The notes beneath the pieces were generated by a model that had not been told where the DNA came from, searched no databases, and saw only the letters and a list, made by a program, of their open reading frames with translations. The position numbers were made by a program, and so were the translations under genes. DNA of 32,000 nt, from positions 1,320,001-1,352,000 of the forward strand of contig NZ_CP032551.1 in NCBI RefSeq assembly GCF_009734345.1. Reading direction: 5' to 3'. Positions 10,535 to 20,113 of this stretch are shown here, one piece after another; within the stretch, counting starts at the first letter, position 1, and each line of letters opens with the position of its first letter. Origin of the DNA: Pseudidiomarina andamanensis (lineage in GTDB: Bacteria; Pseudomonadota; Gammaproteobacteria; Enterobacterales; Alteromonadaceae).

Positions 10535-13500
10535 ATGCTTAGCACCGGATTTGCGATACTCATTGCGATTGTTTATATCGCCATTCTTTATAGCATTGCC
10601 TATCGTGGTGAACGCAAACCGCCAAATCAAATAAAGCCTTACCGCTATGCATTGGCGCAAGGCATTCACTGCACCACATGGGCGTTCTACGGCACCATTA
10701 CACAGTCTGCCTATTATGGTTGGTCGGTGGCGCCAACTTATGTTGGTGCCATGCTAGTGTTTCTATTCGCTCACCGCATCCAAATGCGACTTCTGCATGT
10801 TTGTAAGCAGCAAAACCTCACCTCAATCGCCGATGTTATCAGTCACCGTTATGGCAAATCGCCGACGTTGGCTGTCACCGTTGCATTAATTGCGCTCATT
10901 GGCATCGTGCCTTACATTGCGCTGCAACTTCGGGCTGTAACCGGAAGTTTTGCCGCCGTAACGGGACTTGCTGATAAGCCTTTGCCGTGGTTTGGAGATG
11001 TTGCCGCATTGGTTGCCCTTGCTATGATGATGTTTGCCATTTTATTTGGCACCCGGCGCATGAGCTTAGCCGAACAACATTCAGGCTTGATGGATGCGGT
11101 CGCATTTGAATCAGTGGTGAAGCTGCTTGCTTTCATGGGCGTGGGTGCATTTGTAAGCTACGCGATGTTCGATGGCGTCGCTGATGTGTTTATACAAGCT
11201 TCTCAATCGACTGAAGTCAGCCCTATTTTATCAGGACGCGACTCAGGCGCATTTGTTTATGTCACGCACATTTTACTCGGTGCTGTTTCCATGTTTTGCC
11301 TGCCCCGTCAGTTCCATGTGAGCTACATTGAGAATACTGATCCTGAGGAACTAAGAACCGCACGCTGGGCGTTTCCGCTGTATTTGTTTGCTATCAACTT
11401 ATTTATTTTGCCAATCGCCTTAGCGGGACTTCTGTTAGTACCTGAAGCAGCACAAACCGATACCTTCATGATTGCCTTACTGCTCGAAGCCGATCAGCCG
11501 TTGGTGACCACCGTCGCATTTGTTGGCGGCCTTGCATCGGCCACTAGTATGGTCATCATCGCCACGCTGGCACTGAGTATCATGATGTCGAACGATGTTG
11601 TCGTGCCATTTTGGTTAAAAGCAACCAAGCGTCGATTGCGTAACGTCTCGTTCACATCACAACGAATTTTGGCGATACGTCGAACCACCATTGCTATTAT
11701 TATCATTCTTGCTTTTGGGTTTCATAAACTCACCGAAGCGAATTTGCCTTTAGTCAATGCCGGCCTACTGTCGCTGGCATTGTTAGCTCAGTTAGCGCCC
11801 GCGTTGTTAGGCGGAATTGTTTGGCAACGCGGGAATTATGCTGGGGCCAGTATCGGTATTACTGCAGGTACCGCATTATGGTTGTGGCTATTGTTTTTAC
11901 CTTCAGTACAGTTAAATCGCGGATTGTCTGATACCGAACTTAGTTTTGGCGTTTTAGTGAGTCTTGGCCTCAATCTGCTGATTTATATTGCCGTCTCGTT
12001 CAGCTTAAAATCAAACTCGGTGGAGCAACAACAACGACGTTTGTTCACCGACCCGACTGGCGGTCACGCCGAACTGTATCAACACCAACCTATTTCTTGG
12101 GGACGCTTACGGCAGTTGTTAGCACGGTTTTTTGATTCGGTGGAACTTGAACGATTAAGCGAACGATTAAATCATGATTTAACCATTGATCACGCTGATG
12201 AACTCGTGCCCGGTGTACTTCTCGCTCGCGTCGAGCGCGAACTATCGGCGGTGATTGGGAGTGCCGCGAGCCGAATTTTGTTAGATACCGTAACCCAACA
12301 ACCGTCAGTGCCTATCGCCCAAGTGGTAACATGGGCCAACGAAGCTTCACAACTGTATAAATTCAACCGTGAACTCTTGCAAGCGTCGGTTGAGAATATT
12401 CCGCAGGGTATTAGCGTTATCGATCAAGATTTAAGGTTAGTTGCATGGAACCATCGTTATGTGGAGGTATTCGATTACCCAGCAGGCTTTTTGCAGGCAG
12501 GGATGCCGGTTGCTGATCTACTGCGCTACAACGCCAAGCGCGGCTTGATTAATACCGACGCTGATCGTGATCTCGAGGATGAAGTTGAGAAAAGATTAAA
12601 TTACCTACGCCAAGGCAGTGCCTACCGTTATCAGCGCCAGCAAGGTGAACATGTGATTGAACTGCAAGGTGCACCCATGCCGGGTGGCGGCTTTGTGACC
12701 ACCTACACAGACATCACCGAATTGGTTGAAGCCCAGCGCGCGCTTGAGAAAGTGAACCTTGAACTGGAGCAACGCGTTGCCGACCGAACCGCTCAGTTAC
12801 TTGAGGCGAAGCAGGCGGAGGAGCGTGCGCATCAGAGTAAATCTCGATTTTTTGCAGCGGTTAGCCACGATTTGATGCAGCCTTTTAATGCGGCCACACT
12901 GTTTTGTGACATGTTAACCCAGCGCTTGGACGGTGACACTGCGAAGTTATCTCGGCAAATTCAGCAATCCCTTCAAAATGCAGAAGAGTTGCTGACGATG
13001 TTGCTGGAAATGACACGACTTGAAGCCGGTAACTTACCGGTGACTCAACAACACATTGCGCTTCATGATGTGATTCAACCGTTAGTAGAAAGCCAACGTA
13101 TCATTGCCGCCGAGAAAAATCTTGAGGTGCATTATGTGGCAACGCATGCGCAACTCTATACCGATCGGAAAATGATCGGTCGAATTATTCAAAACTTGCT
13201 TTCGAATGCTGTGCGCTACACGGATAAAGGCAAAATACTGATTGGGGTGAAACGCGATGGTAATGCCGCTCAGTTGAGAATTTACGATACTGGACGCGGC
13301 ATACCGGCCGATCAGCGTGATAAAATATTCCGTGAGTTTCACCAAGTTAATCACCACGGCGATAACCCCGGGCTCGGACTCGGTTTAGCGATTGTTGAGC
13401 GGATGTGCCGTTTACTCGGAATCCCTCTTTCGCTTGAATCAACGGTGGACAAAGGCACATTATTCACTTTGACCCTTAATCAAGTAACCTGGCGCAAATC

Positions 13501-13912
13501 AGTACCTTCGGCACCTAAACAGCAAGCAACGACTTCGGAGCGATTCTTGGAAAACACGCTCGTTTGGTTACTCGACAACGATGCACAAGTGCTTCAGGCG
13601 ATGCAGCAATTGTTTACTCATTGGGGGGCTGAGGTCGTTGTTGCAACCAACCGCGAGCAACTGCCATGGCACAGTCGCCAACCCGATTTACTGGTATTTG
13701 ATTACCACCTAGATAATCAGGATACGGGAATTGCGGTACTGGAGGCGGTTCGCGAGCATTTTAATGACGCTAATATAGCGGCAATTATCAATTCCGCAGA
13801 TCCTGATGAGACAGTACGTGAACAAGTGATTGCTAAATCCGCATTGTTCACGCCAAAACCGATTAAAACGGCAGCCTTGAAACGCTTAATTAAGCGTCTG
13901 TTGCGTCGTTAA
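10535..13912 (+). CDS. crbS: SLC5/sodium-solute-symporter-domain hybrid sensor histidine kinase (CrbS-like)
   Basis: 1125 aa. It has a roughly 500-aa multi-TM symporter-like N-terminal domain, a linker, and a PAS domain (IPQGISVIDQDLRLVAWN...GGFVTTYTDITE). These are followed by an H-box (FFAAVSHDLMQPFN), N box (LLSNAVRYT), G boxes (YDTGRGI, GLGLGLAI) and a C-terminal receiver (LLDND..LLVFDYHLD..NSAD..KPIK). This architecture with a LuxR-type partner is that of CrbS/CrbR (MxtR/ErdR). Confidence 0.8.
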   Translation: MLSTGFAILIAIVYIAILYSIAYRGERKPPNQIKPYRYALAQGIHCTTWAFYGTITQSAYYGWSVAPTYVGAMLVFLFAHRIQMRLLHVCKQQNLTSIADVISHRYGKSPTLAVTVALIALIGIVPYIALQLRAVTGSFAAVTGLADKPLPWFGDVAALVALAMMMFAILFGTRRMSLAEQHSGLMDAVAFESVVKLLAFMGVGAFVSYAMFDGVADVFIQASQSTEVSPILSGRDSGAFVYVTHILLGAVSMFCLPRQFHVSYIENTDPEELRTARWAFPLYLFAINLFILPIALAGLLLVPEAAQTDTFMIALLLEADQPLVTTVAFVGGLASATSMVIIATLALSIMMSNDVVVPFWLKATKRRLRNVSFTSQRILAIRRTTIAIIIILAFGFHKLTEANLPLVNAGLLSLALLAQLAPALLGGIVWQRGNYAGASIGITAGTALWLWLLFLPSVQLNRGLSDTELSFGVLVSLGLNLLIYIAVSFSLKSNSVEQQQRRLFTDPTGGHAELYQHQPISWGRLRQLLARFFDSVELERLSERLNHDLTIDHADELVPGVLLARVERELSAVIGSAASRILLDTVTQQPSVPIAQVVTWANEASQLYKFNRELLQASVENIPQGISVIDQDLRLVAWNHRYVEVFDYPAGFLQAGMPVADLLRYNAKRGLINTDADRDLEDEVEKRLNYLRQGSAYRYQRQQGEHVIELQGAPMPGGGFVTTYTDITELVEAQRALEKVNLELEQRVADRTAQLLEAKQAEERAHQSKSRFFAAVSHDLMQPFNAATLFCDMLTQRLDGDTAKLSRQIQQSLQNAEELLTMLLEMTRLEAGNLPVTQQHIALHDVIQPLVESQRIIAAEKNLEVHYVATHAQLYTDRKMIGRIIQNLLSNAVRYTDKGKILIGVKRDGNAAQLRIYDTGRGIPADQRDKIFREFHQVNHHGDNPGLGLGLAIVERMCRLLGIPLSLESTVDKGTLFTLTLNQVTWRKSVPSAPKQQATTSERFLENTLVWLLDNDAQVLQAMQQLFTHWGAEVVVATNREQLPWHSRQPDLLVFDYHLDNQDTGIAVLEAVREHFNDANIAAIINSADPDETVREQVIAKSALFTPKPIKTAALKRLIKRLLRR

Positions 13913-14552
13913 ATTCACTCGCGTTAAGCATTTGTTTGAAGATAATGCCCGCTTGTGTCCGGTTAATTACGTTGAGTTTTCGCAAAATAGCCGAAACGTG
14001 CTGTTTAATCGTGGTTTCTTGAACATTCAATTCAAAAGCGATTTGTTTGTTCAACAGCCCATCGGCAAGGCATTCAAGAACGCGAAATTGCTGCGGCGTC
14101 AGTTGTTCTAATCGCTGCGCAAAATCAAGATGTTGCTCTGGTGTTTCGGCTTCAACCGCGTCGCGTAAATGCTCCGCTAGCCACGTATCTCCCGCTAACA
14201 CCGTATGAACCGCCTGTTGTAGTTCAGCTAATGGCATCGATTTCGGAATATAAGCGCTCGCGCCAAAGGCCATAGCTTGCCGAATGGTTTGCAACTGTTC
14301 ATTGGCTGAAACTATCACGACAAGAATATCCGGGTAGCGGCTTCGCAGTGAGGTGAGTCCGGTCAAACCGCGATTACCTGGCATGGTTAAATCTAACAAC
14401 ACCAGTTCAACTTGAGGCTGCTTTTCAATGGCTTCTATTAATTGGTCAAACGAGGCAACTTCTAAAATCGGGGCTTCGAGAGTTTCGAGTAATGCTTGTT
14501 TCAAGGCTGCTCGAAATAATGGATGATCATCTGCAATAATTGCACGCGCCAT
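13890..14552 (-). CDS. crbR: LuxR/NarL-family response regulator (CrbR-like)
   Basis: Receiver domain (IIADDHP, LVLLDLTMPG, VIVSAN, YIPKS) plus a C-terminal LuxR HTH (LTPQQFRVLECLADGLLNKQIAFELNVQETTIKQHVSAILRKL). I prefer the ATG at 14552, giving MARAIIADDHP. The ORF is open to the ATG at 14588, which has no RBS. Confidence 0.78.
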   Translation of the reverse strand: MARAIIADDHPLFRAALKQALLETLEAPILEVASFDQLIEAIEKQPQVELVLLDLTMPGNRGLTGLTSLRSRYPDILVVIVSANEQLQTIRQAMAFGASAYIPKSMPLAELQQAVHTVLAGDTWLAEHLRDAVEAETPEQHLDFAQRLEQLTPQQFRVLECLADGLLNKQIAFELNVQETTIKQHVSAILRKLNVINRTQAGIIFKQMLNASEFNDATDA

Positions 14553-14600
14553 GCTTGAACCTATGGAATTTTCTACTGAAGTAACCATGCTAGCGCGTCC

Positions 14601-14646
14601 GCAAAGAAAAGTCAGTGGTTACCTGCCTTATCCTGCAGGTAACCAC
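14601..14646 (-). terminator. rho-independent terminator of the TonB-dependent receptor gene
   Basis: Perfect 12-bp stem (14615-14626 GTGGTTACCTGC pairs with 14635-14646 GCAGGTAACCAC) with an 8-nt loop. On the minus strand it is followed by TGACTTTTCTTTGC. Starts 15 nt after the receptor stop codon. Confidence 0.65.
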
Positions 14647-14660
14647 CGAGTGGGGTTTAA

Positions 14661-16889
14661 TTAAAATTTATACCCCACAGCCAGGGAAACGGTACGAGGG
14701 TCACCGTAATAACCGACAACTGCATCATCGCCGAAGGTTGGTCCGAAGTTATAACCACCCACACGATACTCTTCGTCAGTTAAGTTCTTGCCATGCAGGC
14801 CGACTGTCCAGTTACCGCCATTCGAATACCAAACCACACTGGTATTCAATAAGCCGTAGCCTTCTTGATCAAGCGGCGATGGCGCTTCAAACATTTGCAC
14901 GTCATCACGATACGCATAGTTTGCCGACCAAACAATTTGCCCCATTTCAGTTTCAAACGTTTGGTTAAAGCCAATACTATAAGTTAGTTCAGGCGTATTT
15001 TGGAACGACCATGCGTCGGTTACGTCAGTGGTTTCACCGGTCGCTGGCTCTTCATACACCACCGAGTCGAACTCAGCGTCAATATATCCAAGCATTGCCG
15101 TGAAGTTTAAGGTATCGGTTGCTGCAAATACTGATTCAACTTCGAAACCTTTTACCGTTGACTCACCCGCGTTTAACACCTGTGAAGAGATGCCTGCAGG
15201 CACAACGCGTTGCACGGTAACTTGCATGTCTTGATAGTCAGAATAGAAAATGGCGCTGTTTAAACGCATCCGCCCATCTAACAACTCAGATTTCACACCA
15301 AACTCAACAGTATCAACAATTTCCGGATCATACGGTTCGTTGATGGTTGGGTTTAATGATTGGTCGCCGCGCATGTCCACGCCGCCAGACTTAAAGCCGT
15401 TACTGTAGCTACCGTACACCATCACATCGTCAGAAACTTTGTAGTTCAATGCAACGTGCGGCGAGAATCGGCTCCAATCTGCTTTGGTGGTGAACTCGGA
15501 GTTCACTGCAAATGGGTCACCAAAACTATCAACTGGGGCAGTATTCACATAATGCACACCCAAATAGGTGTAACGGAATACATCCGCTTCTTTTTCATCT
15601 TTGGTGTAACGACCGCCGACCGTTAACGTCAAATCATCGGTCATTTGATAGTTACCTTGACCAAACACAGCAAAGCTATCGGTTTGAACACAACCACCGT
15701 TATCAACCGTCACACCGCCCAATGCCGCTAGGTACATTGGTAAAACGGTACCGAATACACCACAAGCTTCGCCATCATAGAAATACACCCCACCGACAAA
15801 ATCAAAGTTGTCGTTGTTGCTGTAATTCACTTGGAATTCTTGGGTAAATTGTTCGTCTTCATAAATAGCCGGAACCATAAAAATTGGTTCGCCGGTAGCG
15901 TTAAAGTCGATGTTGGTGTTGGTGTAACCTTCACGACCAGCGGTGACCGACTTGAAGCCCCACTCGGCGTTAATGTCCCAGTTATAAACCAATGACCAAC
16001 CTTCGGTTTCAACCAAGTTATCAACTGGCATGGCGGTATTCGAGTCGTACACATTATCCAGTGGCTCTTGACCCGTGACGGTGCTGGTTAATAAACGATG
16101 CGCACCTTTTGAATTCGATTCATCTTCGGTGTTGTCATAAGAGAATTTCAAATCCATATTCTCGTTGATCAACCACTTCGCCGATAACCGATAAGTGAGT
16201 AGGTCTTTGTTATAGTTCTCGTCACCGGTGTTTAAATAGGTACCAAAACCGTCGCGTTGCAATGAGGCAATGGCTCCACCAACAAAGAAGTTATCGCTAA
16301 GAGCCGTCTGCCCTGAAATTTTCAGATCGCGCTGGTTATAGCTACCGATTGCACCTTGCACTGATAACTCGTTGTAACCGGTTAATTCCTTGGTAACATA
16401 TTTTAGCGCGCCACCAATGGTGTTTTTCCCGTACAGCGTCCCTTGCGGGCCACGCAATACTTCAATGCGCTCAATATCGAATACTTCAAGCACGGCACCC
16501 TGCGGGCGAGCAATATAAACATCATCGATATACACACCAACGCCTGGCTCAAAACCCCATAACGGATCTTGCTGACCAACGCCGCGAATGTAAGCCGTCA
16601 GTGTTGAGTTTGTACCACGGCTGACCTGAATGGTGGCGTTTGGAATACGTTGCTGGAGTTCGGTGATATCTTCAACACCAATTTCTTCAAGATCACCAGC
16701 ACCGAACGAAGACACCGATACCGGCACTTCTTGCAGACTTTCAGTTTTACGACGCGCAGTGACTTCAATGCGCTCTAGGCCTTGCATCTCGTCTTCATTG
16801 GCCTGTTCTTGCTGCGCATAGGCAGGCATTGCCATTACCGAAGCAATGGTCATCGCGAGTAATGAGCGGCGAAATATGGGTTGACTCAT
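14661..16889 (-). CDS. TonB-dependent outer-membrane receptor
   Basis: 742 aa with a signal peptide (..SVMAMPAYA/QQ) and plug-domain motifs (LERIEVTARR, VPVSVSSF, IEVLRGPQGTLYGKNTIGGA). A long beta-barrel ends in the aromatic terminus VGYKF. GGGAGA RBS. Confidence 0.93.
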   Translation of the reverse strand: MSQPIFRRSLLAMTIASVMAMPAYAQQEQANEDEMQGLERIEVTARRKTESLQEVPVSVSSFGAGDLEEIGVEDITELQQRIPNATIQVSRGTNSTLTAYIRGVGQQDPLWGFEPGVGVYIDDVYIARPQGAVLEVFDIERIEVLRGPQGTLYGKNTIGGALKYVTKELTGYNELSVQGAIGSYNQRDLKISGQTALSDNFFVGGAIASLQRDGFGTYLNTGDENYNKDLLTYRLSAKWLINENMDLKFSYDNTEDESNSKGAHRLLTSTVTGQEPLDNVYDSNTAMPVDNLVETEGWSLVYNWDINAEWGFKSVTAGREGYTNTNIDFNATGEPIFMVPAIYEDEQFTQEFQVNYSNNDNFDFVGGVYFYDGEACGVFGTVLPMYLAALGGVTVDNGGCVQTDSFAVFGQGNYQMTDDLTLTVGGRYTKDEKEADVFRYTYLGVHYVNTAPVDSFGDPFAVNSEFTTKADWSRFSPHVALNYKVSDDVMVYGSYSNGFKSGGVDMRGDQSLNPTINEPYDPEIVDTVEFGVKSELLDGRMRLNSAIFYSDYQDMQVTVQRVVPAGISSQVLNAGESTVKGFEVESVFAATDTLNFTAMLGYIDAEFDSVVYEEPATGETTDVTDAWSFQNTPELTYSIGFNQTFETEMGQIVWSANYAYRDDVQMFEAPSPLDQEGYGLLNTSVVWYSNGGNWTVGLHGKNLTDEEYRVGGYNFGPTFGDDAVVGYYGDPRTVSLAVGYKF

Positions 16890-17122
16890 GATGTCGTTCT
16901 CCCGGATTGTTAGGTTGTTATGTATGCTGTTTGTTTTAATAATTTTCAGTGCAACGAAAGCTAACTGTTGTCATGGCTTATGTACCCTAGCCTAAAGTTT
17001 TGCTTTTGTATTCTGTACGTTAGTACTATGTAAAAAAAAGTGCGCTTGCAGCATGATACGTCACATCAATGCAGCCGTTCAGGTCATGGCACTCCTGAAA
17101 CCAACCTTCAAAGAGGTAATGC

Positions 17123-18418
17123 ATGTTAAGCATGATAGGACTTGTTGGGGGCTTAGCCCTGCTCATCATTCTCACCCTGCGAGGAATGAACTTATTTATT
17201 AGCGCACCACTATGCGCTGTACTTGTTGCTCTGTGCAGCAATGTCCCTTTATTTCAGGGCGATTTAAATTTTGTTAGCGCTTATATGAGCGGCTTTTCAG
17301 GCTTCGTCGCCTCGTGGTTTTTCATGTTCTTGCTCGGGTCTATTTTCGGCAAGTTTATGGAAGATACGGGTGCTGCGGACAGTGTCGCTAAGTGGATTAT
17401 TGATCGTCTCGGTCGTAAACAAGCCATGCTCGCCGTGGTGCTTGCCTGTGCCATTTTGACTTACGGTGGCGTGAGCGTATTTGTTGTTGCGTTTTCTGTG
17501 TACCCCATGGCACTGTCGCTTTTCAAAGATGCCAATTTACCGCGACGCTTTATTCCTGCGGCGTTAGCTTTTGGCTCAGTCACATTTACCATGACTTCGG
17601 CTGGCTCGCCAGAAATCCAAAACTGGATTCCAATTGAGTTCTTAGGCACATCACCCTATGCTGCATGGGAAGTTAGCTTGTTCGTTGCCATTTTGATGGC
17701 GTTATTTGGTTACTGGTGGCTCAATCGCTTAATTCGCCGTGCAGTTGAAAATGGTGAGTGTTTTGAAGCGCGTAGCGATGACCCGAAGAACCTCGAACGC
17801 AAGTTACCAAGCCCTATCAGTGGGTTGGTTCCATTAATTGTGGTGCTCGCATTAAGTTTCATGTTTCACGAAGAACTGAAACAGAACGCATTGATTATCG
17901 CACTTTCAGGTGGTGTGCTCGCCATCGCAATCATCAACCATAAATACTTCCAGAATATTTCTCTGGCACTCACCGAGGCGTCAACTGGCGCATTAGTTGC
18001 AATCGGCAATACAGCCGCAGTTGTCGGCTTTGGTAGTATCGCGAAAGTGACACCCGCGTTTGAACAAGCGGTCGCCATGATGACCAGCCTGCCAGGTAAT
18101 GAGCTTGTCGGCGCCGCAGTTGCGGTGAGCGTCATTGCCGGCTTAACCGGGTCTGCCTCCGGTGGTCAGGCCATCGCTTTACCGGTACTTGGTCCGCATT
18201 ATATTGATGCTGGCGTTAACCCAGATCAGCTCCACCGCATTGTGGCAATTTCGTCAGGTGCGCTCGATTCATTGCCACATAACGGTTATGTCGTCACCAC
18301 CATTCGCGGTATCTGTAAAGAAACACACCAAGCAGCCTACTGGCCGGTCGCCGCTGTTACCGTCGTGGTGCCGTTTGTTGGCCTCGCGGTCGCTATTGGT
18401 CTCTTCATATGGCTCTAA
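17123..18418 (+). CDS. GntP-family (ion-transporter superfamily) carboxylate/hydroxy-acid permease
   Basis: 431-aa polytopic protein. The N-terminal third is collinear with E. coli GntP as recalled (..LGSIFGKFMEDTGAADSVA.. versus ..FGAMLGKMLADCGGAQRIA..). AGAGG RBS 6 nt upstream. Substrate unknown. Confidence 0.72.
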   Translation: MLSMIGLVGGLALLIILTLRGMNLFISAPLCAVLVALCSNVPLFQGDLNFVSAYMSGFSGFVASWFFMFLLGSIFGKFMEDTGAADSVAKWIIDRLGRKQAMLAVVLACAILTYGGVSVFVVAFSVYPMALSLFKDANLPRRFIPAALAFGSVTFTMTSAGSPEIQNWIPIEFLGTSPYAAWEVSLFVAILMALFGYWWLNRLIRRAVENGECFEARSDDPKNLERKLPSPISGLVPLIVVLALSFMFHEELKQNALIIALSGGVLAIAIINHKYFQNISLALTEASTGALVAIGNTAAVVGFGSIAKVTPAFEQAVAMMTSLPGNELVGAAVAVSVIAGLTGSASGGQAIALPVLGPHYIDAGVNPDQLHRIVAISSGALDSLPHNGYVVTTIRGICKETHQAAYWPVAAVTVVVPFVGLAVAIGLFIWL

Positions 18419-18445
18419 TTAACTTGTTAATCACTGAGGCGTTTT

Positions 18446-20113
18446 ATGTTTGAAGCATCGACTAGCACCGCATTGCATTTACATGGTGACGTTCAAGATA
18501 GTCAGTTGATGATAATCGATTTACTGCGTCATGCTGTGCGTAGGCACCCACAGCAAGAGATTGTATCTCGACGGCTTGAGGGCGACATTCACCGCTACAC
18601 TTATCGTGACTGTTATGAACGTACCTGCCAGCTTGCACATGCACTCAAAGGTCTTGAAATAGAAGCCGGCGAACGTGTTGCAACTCTGGCTTGGAATACC
18701 TACCGACATGTAGAGTTGTATTACGCGGTGAGTGGCATTGGCGCGGTGATACATACGGTGAACCCTAGACTCATTGCTGAGCAAATTAAATGGATTCTCG
18801 ACGATGCTGAAGCAAGCTGGTTGTTTGTCGACGCAAGCTTTGTACCGTTACTTGACGAGTTTGCGAATGAGCTAAAAACCGTGAAAGGCATCGTCATTCT
18901 AACCGACGACGCGCAGCAACCGCAGCTCGATCACATTTGGCTGCCTGTTCACAATTACGAAAGACTTTTAGCGAACCAAACGACGCAATTTGATTGGCCG
19001 ATTTTTTCGGAAAATGCGGCGGCATTACTGTGTTATACCTCGGGCACAACGGGGAATCCGAAAGGTGTTTTAACCTCGCATCGCTCAACTGTTCTGCATG
19101 CGCAGGCTACTATGAGCGCTGAGTTATTGGATTTGAGAACCGATACAGTGTTGATGCCCATGGTATCGATGTATCACGTTGGCGCTTGGGGTGCACCCTA
19201 CGCGGCGCCACTTGCCGGCAGTAAATTAGTACTTCCTGGCGCAGGCATGAGCGGTGCCGATATGCACGAGCTCATCAGCGAAGAAAAAGTCACGGTTGGT
19301 TTAGGCGTTCCGACCATTTGGTTAACGCTTCACAACTACTTGAGCGAACATCAGCTTGAACTGCCTTCCCTTGAACGAGTTTGTGTTGGTGGCGCTGCTT
19401 CACCTTTGGGGTTAGTAAAAACCTACGACGAAAAGTACGGCGTGTACTGGCAGCCAATTTGGGGCATGACTGAAACCGGGCCACTTGCGTGTTCCGCTCC
19501 ACCAACGGCTGAATTGAAGGCACTCCCGGCTAAAGAGCGCTACGCCATTCAAACCACGGCTGGGCGCGCTTGCTTTGGTGTTGATATGGAAATATTTGAT
19601 GCCAACAATCACCCACTTCCACATGATGGCGTAACGTCTGGCGAGTTGAAAGTGCGCGGCCCTTGGATTGCCAGCAGCTATTATCGTCGTGATGATCCGG
19701 ATGTATTTGCAGATGGCTGGCTTGCCACTGGCGATATCGCCGTGATTGATGCGCAGGGGTACATGAAGGTTGTTGATCGCAAAAAAGATGTCATTAAAAG
19801 TGGTGGGGAATGGATTAGCTCACTTGATATCGAGAATATTGCGAGTCAGCACGCTGATATCAATGAAAGCTGCGTCATTGGTGTCAAGCATCCGAAGTGG
19901 GACGAGCGACCATTATTACTCGTGGTGCCCAATAAGGGCCACGAAATTAATAAACAAGACATCTATAGGTTCTTAGAAGGCAAAATTGCCAAATGGTGGA
20001 TGCCTGATGACATTGTGGTTGTCGAGAGTCTACCGCACACCGGAACGGGTAAACTTATTAAAAATGAACTGCGCAAGCAGTACCTTAATTATTTATTGGA
20101 GCAATCAGCATGA
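18446..20113 (+). CDS. AMP-forming acyl-CoA synthetase/ligase (ANL superfamily, medium/long-chain fatty-acid-CoA ligase-like)
   Basis: 555 aa with the AMP-binding motif [12 protein letters not shown], the hinge/A8 region [30 protein letters not shown] and the terminal catalytic Lys in [10 protein letters not shown]. It is not Acs-like in length or N-terminus. Confidence 0.9.
   Translation: MFEASTSTALHLHGDVQDSQLMIIDLLRHAVRRHPQQEIVSRRLEGDIHRYTYRDCYERTCQLAHALKGLEIEAGERVATLAWNTYRHVELYYAVSGIGAVIHTVNPRLIAEQIKWILDDAEASWLFVDASFVPLLDEFANELKTVKGIVILTDDAQQPQLDHIWLPVHNYERLLANQTTQFDWPIFSENAAALLCYTSGTTGNPKGVLTSHRSTVLHAQATMSAELLDLRTDTVLMPMVSMYHVGAWGAPYAAPLAGSKLVLPGAGMSGADMHELISEEKVTVGLGVPTIWLTLHNYLSEHQLELPSLERVCVGGAASPLGLVKTYDEKYGVYWQPIWGMTETGPLACSAPPTAELKALPAKERYAIQTTAGRACFGVDMEIFDANNHPLPHDGVTSGELKVRGPWIASSYYRRDDPDVFADGWLATGDIAVIDAQGYMKVVDRKKDVIKSGGEWISSLDIENIASQHADINESCVIGVKHPKWDERPLLLVVPNKGHEINKQDIYRFLEGKIAKWWMPDDIVVVESLPHTGTGKLIKNELRKQYLNYLLEQSA

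Noticed and set aside
10535-13912. Alternative identity of the SLC5-domain kinase as CbrA.
   Set aside because: CbrA pairs with an NtrC-family sigma-54 activator (CbrB) and is not a hybrid kinase. This protein has a C-terminal receiver and a LuxR-type partner, which fits CrbS/CrbR better. Phylogeny is still needed to confirm.
16921-16960. AT-rich stretch (TTTTAATAATTTTCA) upstream of the TonB-dependent receptor, considered as a Fur box.
   Set aside because: It matches the 19-bp GATAATGATAATCATTATC consensus poorly and has no clear hexamer array. There is no basis for calling the receptor iron-regulated.
17087-17102. TGGCAC motif upstream of the permease gene, considered as a possible sigma-54 promoter.
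   Set aside because: The -12 position reads AAAC instead of TTGC at the required GG-N10-GC spacing, so only the -24 half matches.
18446-20113. Acyl-CoA ligase as acetyl-CoA synthetase (acs), the classical CrbSR target.
   Set aside because: Its length (555 aa against about 650) and N-terminal region do not resemble Acs. It resembles medium/long-chain or other short-substituted-acid CoA ligases, and substrate specificity cannot be read from the sequence.
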